Shown in pieces: positions 29,262-41,760 of a DNA stretch of 64,000 nucleotides. The DNA lies in contig NC_043011.1 of NCBI RefSeq assembly GCF_006345805.1, positions 53,890,464 to 53,954,463 on the forward strand, in the 5' to 3' direction. A model generated the notes under the pieces. The model made no database searches and was not told the origin of the DNA. It was given only the letters and a program-made list of their open reading frames with translations. How positions within the stretch are numbered: the first letter of the stretch is position 1; the number at the start of each line of letters is the position of its first letter. Source of the DNA: Octopus sinensis (lineage: Eukaryota). Made by a program: the position numbers and the translations under genes.

Positions 29262-29455
29262 CAGGTGAGCTGGCAGAATCGTTAGCATGCTAGGCAAAAT
29301 GCTTGGTGGCATTTTGTCCGCTACATGTTCTGAGTTCAAATTCCGCTGAAGTCGATTTTTGCCTTTCATCCTTTTGGGGTCGATGAAATAGGTACCAGCT
29401 GTGCACTGGGCTCGATGTAATCAACTATGCTCCTCCCCCAGAATTTGAAACCAAT
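29262..29455 (+). mobile_element. SINE family B
   Basis: Head and core motifs. Confidence 0.75.
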
Positions 29456-29907
29456 ATCAAACAAATTTTTGGAACATAAATTAATATAAAATGTTAATGG
29501 TTTTTAATTTTGATCACTTCAAAACAGAAAGCTTCTATTATTTAACCACGGGTAGCCTCAGGTGGGTTGGTATCAAGAGGGTTAAGCATAAGGTTCATTT
29601 CTTGTGCAAATTACTGTTGTGTAATCCAAGACGAGCTCTAATGGAACAAACCTATGATCCAAAGCCATCCAGCCTTGACCCTCACATCAGTTTTCTCTTT
29701 TTTACTTAGAAAGCAGTATATATTTGCAGGCCTGGCTGTGTGGTTAAGAAGCTTGCTTTGCCACTACATAATTTCAGGTTCAGTCCTACTCAGTTCTACC
29801 TTGAGTCGAGCATTGCCTTGTGAGTGAATTTGGTTGATAGAAACTGTGTGAAGCCCTTTGAATACACACACACACATGTATGCGTGTGTATATGAGTATA
29901 TATATTT

Positions 29908-30296
29908 TTCTTCTACTTGTTTCAGTCATTTGACTGTGGCCATGCTGGGATACTGCCTTGAAGAGTTTTAGTCAAACAGATTGACTCTAGGACTTTTAAG
30001 TTTAGCACTTATTCTATTGGTGTCTTTTGTTGAACTGCTAAGTTATGGGGTTGTAAACACACCAACACCAGTTGTCAAGTGGTGGAGTGGGACAAAAACA
30101 GGCACAAAAGCACACACACACACACATTGATACAATAAGCTTCTTTCAGTTTCCATCTGCCAAATCCACTCACAAGACTTTGGTCAGCCTGAGACTATAG
30201 TAGAAGACACTTTCCCAAGGTGCCATGCAGTGGGACTGAACCCGGAACCATGTGGTTGGGAAGCAAGCTTCTTACCACACAGCCATACCTGCACCT
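29908..30296 (-). mobile_element. SINE family A
   Basis: Homology. Confidence 0.8.
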
Positions 30297-30326
30297 GTGT
30301 ACTTATAAGTGTGTGTGTGGTTTTTG

Positions 30327-30344
<18 letters not shown>

Positions 30345-30357
<13 letters not shown>

Positions 30358-30540
30358 GAGACAGTGTGTGTGTATGTGTGTTTGGGTTTGTTCTTCACCA
30401 CCACTTGCCAACTGGTGTTGGTTTGTTTATATCCCCATACTTTAGCAGTTCAGCAAAAGTGACCGATAGAATGAGTAGCAGACTTGAAAATAGGTTCAGA
30501 GGTTGATTCGTTCAACCAAACTCTTCAAGGCGGTGTCACC
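30345..30540 (+). mobile_element. SINE A-type 3' half, decayed
   Basis: CTTAGCAGTTCAGCAAAAG.GACCGATAGAAT-like segment. Confidence 0.6.
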
Positions 30541-30549
30541 CTCACTCTC

Positions 30550-31450
30550 ACGTGTTCACATAGCATCTGTTTGCTCCTCCCACATATCAGTTTGATATCT
30601 GTTTGTTTTCCTCCTACCTGTCAGTTTGATATCAATACGTCCCTCCTACCTGTCTATCTGATGTCTATTTAGTTTGCCTCCAATATATCAGTTTGATATC
30701 TTTTCCACTCCTCTTGCCTGTCTCTTTTGGTTATCTATTTGTTGCTGTCCCATCTGTCTGTTTGATATCTATTCCCAACTATGCACTTGATATCCATTCA
30801 CTCCCTCCACCTCTCTGCTTGATTCTCTACATGTCTACTTGACATTAACATGCCCTACTTACTCACTTGACATCCACATTTCCATTTGACATTCACATGT
30901 CAACTTGACATCCACTCACACTATTTCTATATGTCAACTTGACTTCCATATACATTACATGTCCATTCGACATTCACGTTTCTGCATGTCCCTTTGACAT
31001 CCATGCTTCTGCATGTCATTTTTGACATCCACATGTCCTACATGATTACTTCACACATTCAGGTCCATTTGTCATCCACTTACCCTACATACCCATTTGA
31101 CATCCATGTGTAAAAAAGAAGGTAAAGTTACTTTCTCAAGTCATACAGACTCATAAGGTCAGTTTCCCAGTTTCATGATGTATATATTCCTCAACTGGAC
31201 AGGGCACTGGTCAGTTGCAGGATTACACAGTTTTTCCAGCTGAATGGACTGGAGCAGTGAGAAATGAAGTGTTTGCTTGAAAACACAATGCATTGCCCAG
31301 TCCAGGAATTGAAACCACAATCTTATGATCATGAGTCCAAAACCCTAAGCCATGTGCCTTCACATGCTCTACATGTCTATTTGATGCATTCAGATCCATT
31401 TGTCATCCACTTACCCTACATGTCCATTTGACAGCCGCATATTGTACATC
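30550..31450. repeat. Old degenerate minisatellite (core CTACATGTCCATTTGACATCCAC, ~25-33-bp units) containing a SINE D at 31113-31362 (minus)
   Basis: Recurrent TTGACAT(C/T)C / TTGATATC motifs. Confidence 0.7.
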
Positions 31451-31587
31451 TTTGTCCTGTACATGACTTGAAACTGTGTCCAGTAGTGGAGCTCTGGTTT
31501 GGGAGTTGCAGGGCTTTGAGGAACGTGGAACCATCTCTGAGCCATGTTTGATTTAAGGTCTACTCTGATCCAGAGTAGTAGCACTTG

Positions 31588-32565
31588 TCAAGGTCTTAGT
31601 AATGGGTTTACTAGTATGTTATAGAAAAGACTCCAAACACAGATTCTCACTGCCTTGTGAATGCCTTGAGAAAAGAAAAAGCTAGAGAAGTCATCTGGAC
31701 AGTATATCAATGAATGGAGTCTCAGATGGTCTGGTGTTTTGAGGTCTTGAAGATGAAGGTCCCAAGTAGTTCTATCAGATACTATTGTGCAAATCCTGCT
31801 TACTAAATTAAAGGGGAAATTTGTTTTGATGTGTTCGGATGGCATGAGCTAAAGAGGAAATATTGTTTCAAGTCCGTTGGTTTATGATAGATGTCAGTTA
31901 TAATTTGGTTGTTGACTTTTTTTTATCATAGTCTCCAAAAATGGGAGCTGTTCTTTGCTATATTCCATTGTGAATTGAATGTTACTATTTATATCATTTA
32001 GTGTTGATTTGAAGACCAAAAGTTTGTCAATGGTCTCCTTCCAAATGATAAAACAGTCATCCAGGTATCTTTTCCAGCTTTCTCTTATGTAATGGTAAAA
32101 TGGATAACCATGTTTTTGAAGTGACACTTCATATATGGTGAATTCAAAATAACCCATTATCAGGTTTGCCAGAACAGGGGCTGCTTTCGTTCCCATCGCA
32201 ATTCTGCATTTTTGACGATAGTATGTGTCATCAAATGGGAAATAATTGTTCTGAGGTATAAATTTTGAAAATTCAACACTAAAGATCTTATTTATGCATT
32301 CCAAGTGTACTTCGAGGTACTTTTCCAACCAGAATTTGATTGCTTTTATTCCATAGTCATGTGGGATGTTGGTGTAAAGATTAATAACATCGAAGGAAAC
32401 CAATAATGCCTCTTCATTAATTGTTTTTGGTAAGTGCTCCAGCATATCTAAATCATCTCTAATGAAACTTTTGATGTATTTCAGCAAGGGTTTCAGTTGG
32501 ACATCTAGGAAATTGCTTAGGCGGTGGGTTTCACAGGCTGGTCCATTTATAATGGGTCTTAAAGT
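31588..32565 (-). pseudogene. Penelope-like element reverse transcriptase, decayed
   Basis: LRPII, LVSFDVINLYTNIP, IAMGTKAAPVLANLIMGYFE, WKRYLDDCF, IQFTME, LPFLE, SCHP motifs. Confidence 0.9.
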
Positions 32566-32707
32566 CAAGTCTGTGGTATTGAGCAGAATATTTGCTGTAG
32601 CCCATCTTTTATACTAAGACAAAACAATGTACATGATAACACTTTTAATCAGTTAAGATCAGGAGCCATGAGAGCCACTGCCTGGTACTGCATCTATTAT
32701 TATTATT
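32566..32707 (+). mobile_element. 3' fragment of repeat family F with (ATT)n tail
   Basis: Matches the reverse complement of 56322-56460. Confidence 0.7.
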
Positions 32708-32709
32708 AC

Positions 32710-33530
32710 TGAGCTTTGTAACTAAGGAAGAAGTCAACACTGTTTTCCCACCATTGCAGGGAATTTATTTCTTCCGACTCAGCTGTCTTTCCATAATTTT
32801 ATAACACTTTCCAAAAGTTGTTGATCAGTATATTTAGTGAGTTCAGTGTGCATTTCTTCATCGGTCATTTTATATTTTTGTTCCTTATTCGATGCTCTGA
32901 GATTGAGTAACTCAATCACTATTTTCATTTTCTCTAGTGCTAATTTCTCCCTAAGATTCCTTTGCTGTTCGGGTTCTTCTGGGATTGGTTTGATTTGTAG
33001 CTTGCATGGCAGAATTAACCCCTTAGCATTCAGAATATTCTATCAAACATAATGCCTATTGATTCCCATTGATTTCAATTAATCATGCATTATCTCATAT
33101 CTTCAAGATCTTGATGGTGTAATTACCTAATGTAGAATAACATTGTAGGGTAGGTGTGAGAGCCTGGATCTGGTCAGTTTGAACATAAAACAGATTAACT
33201 ATTTTGGCCGGATGTGGCCGGTTTAAATACTAAAGGGTTAAAGGTGTTGAGTTAATCCATTTTTCATATATTTCTACCTTATTATTATTTTTTATCACAT
33301 TCCAAAACGAAAATTTTCTAGCGTTAAGATTTTTGGACCAATTTTGGTTAATGCAACTTTTAATTAAATGTGCTGACATTGGTGTATTAGGTATTTTGGT
33401 GATGATTCTTTTTCAAAGTTATTTGTGAAAATTGAGTGCAATGTTGTGCATAGTTCATTCAAATTTTGACTAACCTTCTCAGCTGGCTGTCTTCTCTGTT
33501 CAATTTCAGTTTCTTCTCAGGTAAGGTAAT
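32710..33530 (-). pseudogene. Probable N-terminal ORF region of the same PLE, split by a MITE
   Basis: Removing the MITE restores YEKWINSTPLILPCKLQIKPIPEEPEQQRNLREKLALEKMK; same strand, upstream of the RT. Confidence 0.6.
33019..33237. mobile_element. piggyBac-type MITE (219 bp) with TTAA target duplication
   Basis: TTAA|CCCCTTAGCATT ... AATACTAAAGGG|TTAA. Confidence 0.85.
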
Positions 33531-33575
33531 TTAATCCATCGATTTTGTTAGACTATATATATATATATATATATA

Positions 33576-33804
33576 GGCGCAGGAGTGGCTGTGTGGTAAG
33601 TAGCTTGCTTACCAACCACATGGTTCTGGGTTCAGTCCCTCTGCGTGGCACCTTGGGCAAGTATCTTCTACTATAGCCTTGGGCCGACCAAAGCCTTGTG
33701 AGTGGATTTGATAGATGGAAACTGAAAAGAAGCCCATCATATATATGTATATATATGTGTGTGTTTGTGTGTCTGTGTTTGTCCCCACAAAATCGCTTGA
33801 CAAC
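33576..33804 (+). mobile_element. SINE family A, 3'-truncated
   Basis: Homology. Confidence 0.8.
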
Positions 33805-33847
33805 TTACCCTCCATATCCATTTGACATCCACGTGCCCTACGTGTAA

Positions 33848-34100
33848 AAAAAAAAAGGTAAAGTTACCTTCTCAAGTCATACAGACTCAAAAGGCCAGTT
33901 TCTGAGTTTCATGATGTATATATTCCCCAACTGCACAGGACGCTGTTCTGTCGCAGGATTACTCAATTTTTTCCAGCTGAGTGAACTGGAGCAATGTGAA
34001 ATGAAGTGCTTTGCTTGAAAACACAATGCATTGCCCAGTCCAGGAATTGAAACCACAATCTTACAATCATGAGTCCAACACTCTAAGCCATGTGCCTCTA
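33848..34100 (-). mobile_element. SINE family D within a local duplication of 31075-31390
   Basis: Shares flanks with the 31113 copy. Confidence 0.75.
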
Positions 34101-34196
34101 CATGCCCTACATGTCTATTCAATGCATGGAGTATGTTCAAATCCTACTCAGATCCCCTTTGCCATTTATTCTTCCAGGATTGATTAAAAAAAAGTT

Positions 34197-34600
34197 GCAG
34201 GAGTGGTTGTGTGGTAAGTAGCTTGCTTACCAACCACATGGTTACGGGTTCAGTCCCACTGCGTGGCACATTGGGCAAGTGTCTTCTACAATAGCCTCGG
34301 GCCGACCAAAGCCTCATGAGCGGATTTGGCCGACGGAAACTGAAAGAAGCCCATTGTATATATGTATATGAATATATATGTGTGTGTGTGCTTGTGTGTC
34401 TGTGTTTGTCCCTCCAACATCGCTTGGCAACCGATGCTGGTGTGCTTATGTCCCTGTGACTTAGCGGTTTGGCCAAAGAGACCGATAGAATAAGTACTAG
34501 TTTTACAAAGAATAAGTTCTGGGGTTCGATTTGCTCGACTAATGGTGGTGCTCCAGCATGGCCACAGTCAAATGACTGAAACAAGTAAAAGAGTAAAAGA
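34197..34600 (+). mobile_element. SINE family A, full length
   Basis: Homology. Confidence 0.85.
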
Positions 34601-34673
34601 GAGAGAGAGAGAGCAAAGAGAGTAAAAATAATAATGATGTTGACAAACAACGACGACAATGATGACGATTACA

Positions 34674-34705
<32 letters not shown>

Positions 34706-36036
34706 AATGACAGCAATGGCGGCAGCTGCAATAATGACAATGACTGCGATGATGACAATATTTATTGTTGTCTAGACAATTAAACTTAGCTTTATAGCAT
34801 ATGTTTTATTAAGATCTGTATCTTCATTATGTTTCACTCAGTCCAATCTCTGAACATTATCAGGTATCTTATTTAATGCTTTCAACATATTGTCAGTTCC
34901 TGCATTGTTGCTGTTATCGCTGCTGCTGCTGTTGTTGTTGTTGTTGTCGTCGTTGTTGTTGTTGTTGTATAGTTCCATGGGATTTATCAACCTTTACTCA
35001 AGCAAATCAACCGCGCAATGATTCATTATGTCATCACTCAATGTTGACACTCGTGCACACATCTTCAATCATATGCTTCTCGGACCTCATTGAAAATTCT
35101 CAACAGACCACCACAATTACTCAGTCTGCTAGCTAGAAATAGCAGCCAAATCTTCCTTGAATTACGTCCTACTTTCTTAAAAGTGGAAAGACATACTGGA
35201 CAATGCAGTCCTAGATATATATTATCTGAAAAAGAAAAAACAAAAAGACAAAAAAAAAAGACAAAAGAAAAGACTAGATGGTCACAACTGGAACATCTTG
35301 AACATAGCCCTGTTCAATCAGGGCCAAAGTGAAACACAAATATAATAACAGCAGCAACCAATAGCAATAACAATAAAAACAGATTTCACTGGAAGGGAGA
35401 GTAGGTGATGGGTGGCAGAAGATAGGGAATCTAATGCCTTGAGCTATTACACTATGTGCTTTATCTCCAATCTACTGCCTCGCTGTCTATTGAATCATAA
35501 TATTGTCTAAATTACACAATATATTCAACACAGTATGGTTTATCAGACAAGAACACACACACACACACACATACACACACAAACACTTGCACATTCTCTC
35601 TCCGTTTCTCTCACTCTCTGTCTACACTCTCTTTCTCTCTCTCATAATTTGGTTTCTAATAACATATTTAAATGGTTATCTCAATATTTCTACAACAGTA
35701 GAGAGGGAGAGAGAGAGATATCTATTGATATCTATTGATCTACAGAGCTTATATCGTTCTGATATCAAATTATGTTGATCCATACAGCTATAAAACAGAC
35801 GCAACAGATTGTTCTCGAGATCAATAACTAAACATATCCAGTTAATAATCGAAAGATAATCAGTAGAGTTTGGAGGAAGACTAATGGAGAATCAATTCAG
35901 ACAAAAACACGTAAAGTGGTGGTGGTAGAGGTGGTGACAGTGGCAGTGGCAGTTCTGGTGGTGGTGGTGGTGGTGGAGGGTTTAAATTGATGGTGGGGGA
36001 GGCATGAGGAGAGAATAATTCCATCAATTTGGGCAA

Positions 36037-36049
36037 TGACCTTTGACCT
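36037..36049 (-). promoter_or_regulatory. Perfect DR1 nuclear-receptor element (AGGTCAAAGGTCA)
   Basis: Exact TGACCTTTGACCT in non-repeat sequence; function unproven. Confidence 0.3.
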
Positions 36050-36271
36050 GGTAATGACAGGTAATTTCATGTGTCTATAAACTTTATAGCTGGAAGGATA
36101 CGTATAATAGAAGACTATAAATGATAAGGTTCTTTATGTCTACAATACAGAGGAAATATCATTTCAAAATATATCTAATAACATGTCTGTGTATATAATG
36201 TTATATGTGTAAGTTATAGGAATACGCAACTCACAGATACATACGTGCATTGATATATACTTATACAGATA

Positions 36272-36671
36272 TCTTTTACTTGTTTCAGTCATTTGACTGC
36301 GGCCATGCTGGAGCACCACCTTTAGTCCAGCAAATCGACCCCGGGACTTATTCTTTGTAAGCCCAGTACTTATTCTATCGGTCTCTTTTGCCAAACTGCT
36401 AAGTTACGGGGATGTAAACACACCAGCATTGGTTGTCAAGCAATGCTAGGGGAACAAACACAGACACACAAACATATACACACACACTTATATATATATA
36501 CATATATACGACAGGCTTCTTTCAGTTTCCGTCTACCAAATCCACTCACAAGGCATTAGTCAGCCCGGGGCTATAGCAGAAGACACTTGCCCAAGATGCC
36601 ACGCAGTGGGACTGAACCCGGAACCATGTGGTTGGTTAGCAAGCTACTTACCGCACAGCCACTCCTGCGCC
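36272..36671 (-). mobile_element. SINE family A, full length, young
   Basis: Homology; CpGs retained. Confidence 0.85.
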
Positions 36672-36678
36672 TATACAC

Positions 36679-36709
<31 letters not shown>

Positions 36710-36795
36710 TAAGTATGCATGTATGTTTGTTTATATATATACACCACCACCAACCTCCTCCTCCACACCTCCACGTCGTCGTCTCCGCTGTCCAG

Positions 36796-37054
36796 CTGCT
36801 CCTCCACAGCCTCATCACTGCAACAATAGCAATCACAGAACCTACAGAGCTGTATGGCGGGGCCGGGCGTACAGCAGCCCCTGTCGCTGTTGACCAGCTC
36901 GGACGTCGCCTCAACGACCCTCCTCACCACCCAGCCACCCTCTTCCCCCAGTCCGACGCACTCCGTCATCTCTGCCAGCGCACACTCTCCGCAACACTCT
37001 GCGGCGGGGTCACCGTCGAGCACGCCTGCCGAGAATGGCCGACCCGTGTCGTAA
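36796..37054 (+). CDS. Probable terminal coding exon of an unidentified gene: S/T/P/Q-rich disordered C-terminus ...SSTASSLQQ*QSQNLQSCMAGPGVQQPLSLLTSS...PAENGRPVS*
   Basis: GC/CpG-rich island in AT-rich DNA, high GC3 in this frame, GC falls after TAA 37052-54; candidate acceptors CCAG|36796, ACAG|36810 and ATAG|36830; in-frame TAG at 36827-29; followed by UTR-like unique sequence. Confidence 0.55.
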
Positions 37055-37794
37055 AAGGTTGTGCTTATGTCCGTGACCTCTGGTGGGGGGGGGGGTCAGT
37101 TGTGATTGCTGCGTAAAAGAGAAACACAAACAGTAATATTAATAATTATAATAATGGGCAACTCCAACATGAACAAATTTAAAGAATGTCTGCCTGTCTG
37201 TCTCCATATTCTCTTGTCTTTCTCTATTTTCATCCCTTCCTGAATTCTCTTTTATCTCCTACTCTATTCTAATCCCTCTGTGTAAACTATCTGGGGTAAA
37301 AAGGACCTATGGACTGTTTAGTGGTTATTTTATATATATAAACATATATATAAAACTGTTGACCACCACATCAGACAGACTGTCCATGTAATAGGTTGCA
37401 ATCGACCTACCCTCTTTACTCCTTCCATTCCATCTCTCTGCTGCCCTGCTTTTCAATCTCCCCTCCTCACATTGAGCGAACCCACCCCCCATGTACCCCA
37501 ACTAATTGTTTTTGTTTATTTTCCTCCCACCCCCTGTCTTTTCCACCTCCCAAATTCACCACACACACCTCCAAAAACAAAAAAAAAATGGCGACAATAA
37601 GAACAATGTTACATGACAAGAATCACCATGGTAACAACATCAACTGCTACAAGATGAAACCAACAAGATTAAAGTCTAAAGACTAAAATATGTTTCTTCC
37701 TCTTTTAAAAGAATTGTCTTGGAAAAAAAACACATACACAAATATATATATATATACATATATATATATATTAGGTAGTGGGTAGTGATTTTCT

Positions 37795-38160
37795 TCACTA
37801 CTTAAGGGAGTGTCGACCCTGCCTGACACGAGTTCCGGGTTCAGCGGGCTCCGGCAGACAGTACCCGGTGTGGGCCCCTATCCAGAGTAACAGAAAGGAG
37901 ACAACCTTCAAAGAAATCCGGAGTGGAGCCCCTTAGGCAGTTTAGTGTTCGATTTGACACTCTTCCGGCAACTCCTGCAACCAAGCTGGTGCCAAGCATA
38001 ATGCTCTGCACACCTTTGGACTACGTCAGCAAGGTCGAGAGAGGAATCCTGATGATTGGGCTGCCCAGGATTTTCTTACGTCTAGCCCAGGCCTGCGCAA
38101 AACTGGAGAGGAGATTGGAGAGGACATCAAATGTAAAAACCAGACTGGATTAGTTTATGC
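37795..38160 (+). mobile_element. GC-rich fragment resembling an RTE-type LINE 5'UTR
   Basis: AAATCCGGAGTGGAGCCCCTTAGGCAG...CGGCAACTCCTGC motifs recalled from RTE 5' ends; not searched. Confidence 0.35.
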
Positions 38161-38402
38161 GCAACTCCATTGTCTCCCGAGATAAAAGGATGCCAACAAC
38201 AATATATATATATATTGGTAGAAAACGGTAAGATAACAAAAGAAAGAAAGAGACCTCAATATTATGTAAATAGAGGAATTTATCTGTAAATATAATATGT
38301 GACAACTATCTGGTAACCACATATTATATTTACATATATATATATATATATATATATATACACCGTATTTTAATGTGTATAAGGAATATATGTATGTATA
38401 TA

Positions 38403-38490
<88 letters not shown>

Positions 38491-38495
<5 letters not shown>

Positions 38496-39791
38496 GCAGA
38501 TGCTCTGGATGTGGCAGATGCTCTGGAGCATTGACCTCCGAAAATCTGCAGAAAACAACTTCCGTCACTTTCCGGGGGAAAAAACTAGAAGTAGTTGATA
38601 GCTTCCGCTATCTAGGTGACCAAGTCAGTAGTTGGGGTGGGTGCGCTGAAAGTGTAACTGCTAGAATAAGAATAGCCTGGGCAAAGTTTAGGGAGCTCTT
38701 ACCTCTGCTGGTGACTAAGGCCTCTCGCTCAGAGTAAAAGGCAGACTGTATGATGCATGTGTACGAACAGCTATGCTACATGGCAGTGAAACATGGGCCG
38801 TGACTGCTGAGGACATGCGTAAGCTCGTGAGGAACGAAGCCAGTATGCTCCGATGGATGTGTAATGTCAGTGTACTTACTCGACAGAGCGTTAGTACCTT
38901 GAGAGAAATGTTTACCTAAGAAGCATCAGTTGTTGTGTGCAAGAGAGACGATTGCGCTGGTATGGTCATGTGGCGAGAATGGATGAAGATAGGTGTGTGA
39001 GAAAGTGCCAATCCCTAGCAGTTGAGGGAACCCGTGGAAGAGGTAGACCCAGGAAAACCTGGGACGAGGTGGTGAAGCACGACCTTCGGATGTTAGGTCT
39101 CACCATGGAAATGACTAGAGACCGAGACCTATGGAAGTATGCTGTGCGTGAGAAGACCGGCAAGACTAGTGAAGCCATAATCCGTGGCCCCTACCTGGGA
39201 CGTAGTCAGTCCACCTGTGCATACCTTCCTTCTTGTGACACTTGTGAAGACCTGTTGAGGCAAGTGAGAATCGAATCAAATCAAATCAAATCGAACCAAA
39301 TCAAAATAGATGAACATCAATGGAATTTGTATCCTTGTGGTACCAGTGCTGGTGGCACATAAGAAAACCATCCGAACGTGACCGTAGCCAGTACCGCAAC
39401 GACTGGCCTCCGTGCTGAGGGCATGTAACAAACACCATCCGAGCGTGGCCGTCCGCCAGCCTCGTCTGGCACCTGTGTCGGTGACACATAAGAAAACACC
39501 ATCCGAGCGTGGCCGTCAGCCAGCCTCGTCTGGCACCTGTGTCGGTGGCACATAAAAAAACACCATCCGAGCATGGCCGTCTGCCAGCCTCGTCTGGCAC
39601 CTGTGTCGGTGGCACATAAAATCACCCACTACACTCTCGGAGTGGTTGGTGTTAGGAAGGGCATCCAGCTGTAGAAACACTGCCAGATCTGACTGGCCTG
39701 GTGCAGCCTTCGGGCTGCCAGACCCCAGTTGAACCGTCCACCCATGCTAGCATGGAAAGCGGACGTTAAACGATGATGATGATGATGATGA

Positions 39792-39794
<3 letters not shown>
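38491..39794 (+). mobile_element. 5'-truncated RTE LINE (RT C-terminus, 3'UTR with ~62-bp repeats, GAT tail) inserted in (TA)n
   Basis: [57 protein letters not shown]; frameshifts. Confidence 0.92.
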
Positions 39795-39866
<72 letters not shown>

Positions 39867-39869
39867 ATG

Positions 39870-39915
<46 letters not shown>

Positions 39916-40499
39916 TATATATATTAAATATATATATGGATCAAAACGGTATAAGTCAAATTCGTTGGTACTCTTGAGTTTCAAGTGTGTTACTAGTTGT
40001 TGGCCATTTTGAATTTGAATAGCAGAAGTTGATTATTATTACTGTTAAGGTTGGCTGTGATTGGTCAAGGAAGGTCACATGGTGTTGTGGTTTGATGTTA
40101 GTATATGGGTAACAGTTAGTTGGAAAATACCGCATGGCGAACAGAGAATTGACCACATGGAGAACAGGAAATAGACCACGTGGCAATGAGGAAATCAGTC
40201 AGGTTGCTGGGGGGGGGGGGGAGAAGAGGTGGCATGTGCTGAGGCTAGATTCTGGCATGTAACTAATATTATCCTTGGAGCCTCTGGTAGCTAGAGCTTG
40301 GTTGTAGTAACAGGGCAAGCAGCATCAAAGATCTCTTTGCTTGAAGACAAGCTGAAGATTCTCCTGCTGATGACCTTTACCAGGTTGCTGAACACTATGG
40401 CTGGATGGCAGGTTTCCTATTTATACCAACACCCTTGGAAAAATTATGCATATCACACCTCTACACATATCACACACCCAACCTCCACGGGGGCACACA

Positions 40500-40567
40500 T
40501 TAATAAAAACATATGTATGTATGCATGTATGAATGTATGAATGTATGTATGTATGTATGTATGTATG

Positions 40568-40598
<31 letters not shown>

Positions 40599-40735
40599 GT
40601 ATGTATGTAGGTATGTATGTATGTATGAATGTGTGTGTGTATGTATGCATGTGTGTATGTATGCACGTATGTATGTATGTATGTATGTATGTATGTATGT
40701 ATGTATGTATGTGTGTATGTATGTATGTATGTATA
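40500..40735. repeat. (TATG)n microsatellite
   Basis: Direct. Confidence 0.95.
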
Positions 40736-41494
40736 TATACCTATTATATCAAAAAGCAAATCTATTTGAGAATCACCATTAGAAACCTGTTAGATGTGTG
40801 TGTGTGTGTGTGTAAGTGTATAAATACATATGTATACATACATGCATATATACATATATATATATATGATTGATTGATTGATTCTAGTTTCAGCTCATGA
40901 GCTGTGGCCATGCTGGGGCACCGCCATTTGGTGTTGCTACATGGTTTTACTTCATGAATGCTTTTTAGCAACTGCCATTTGGTACATGAGAGAGTTCGAT
41001 GGAGCTGCCCTCATCTGCACCTCCTGCCGTGAAGTTGGTTCATCGGGTTCAAAATATATATATTTTACTTTTATTATTCTTATACAAAAATGTTGTTGGC
41101 AGTTAAAATCACTTTTGGGCGTGTGGGTTTGTGTTGGGTGGTAATTAGGTTTTTATGTGTGGTTGTTATAGAAAGGGGTCTTGGAGAAATTCTCATTAAT
41201 TAAATTTGGGGTTTTAACTCAACAGAGACTATATAAATACTATAAACACTAACCCTAATACATCACTGTTCAACGATGGCTTAACAGGCCGAAACTTCAA
41301 AGTCACTGTCAACAACATTCTTGTACAGGAATAATAAATTTGTGCACTATAAAAGTACAGAGTAATCCATCAGCTTAATGTAAAATTATTTTTAGTCTTA
41401 TTGAACATAAAGACAAACATTAATATACGCATACAAACATATACACACCACACACACACATATATATATATATATATTATATATATATATATAT

Positions 41495-41760
41495 ATTCTT
41501 TTATTTGTTTCAGTCATTTAACTGCAGCCATGCTGGAGCACTGCCTTTAGTCGAACAAATCGACACCAGGACTTATTCTTTGTAAGCCTAGTACTTATTC
41601 TATTGGCCTCTTTTGCCGAACTGCTAAGCTACAGGGATATAGACACACCACCAACGGTTGTCAGGCGATGTTGGGGGGACAAACACAGACACAGAAACAC
41701 CCACACACACACACAAATATATACACACATACATATATACACACACATACATATATACAT
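41495..41760 (-). mobile_element. SINE A 3' half; mirrored at 41765-41886 (+)
   Basis: Homology. Confidence 0.8.

Noticed and set aside
36860-36900. Naming the exon as TCF/pangolin from QQPLSLL similarity to QPLSLVTK
   Set aside because: The motif is too short and no HMG box or C-clamp exon was found in the window
36715-37116. Fully open 133-aa alternative frame over the GC island
   Set aside because: It starts in microsatellite-like sequence, its composition looks off-frame, and it runs past the GC drop into a poly-G; not excluded without RNA data
39375-39620. Regularly spaced ~62-bp repeats suggesting an array
   Set aside because: Internal tandem repeats of the RTE 3'UTR, present in every family C copy
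41262-41320. Hammerhead in the large palindrome arm (..CGATGGC..GGCCGAAACTTCAAAGTC)
   Set aside because: The core reads TCAACGA and no stem I complement exists
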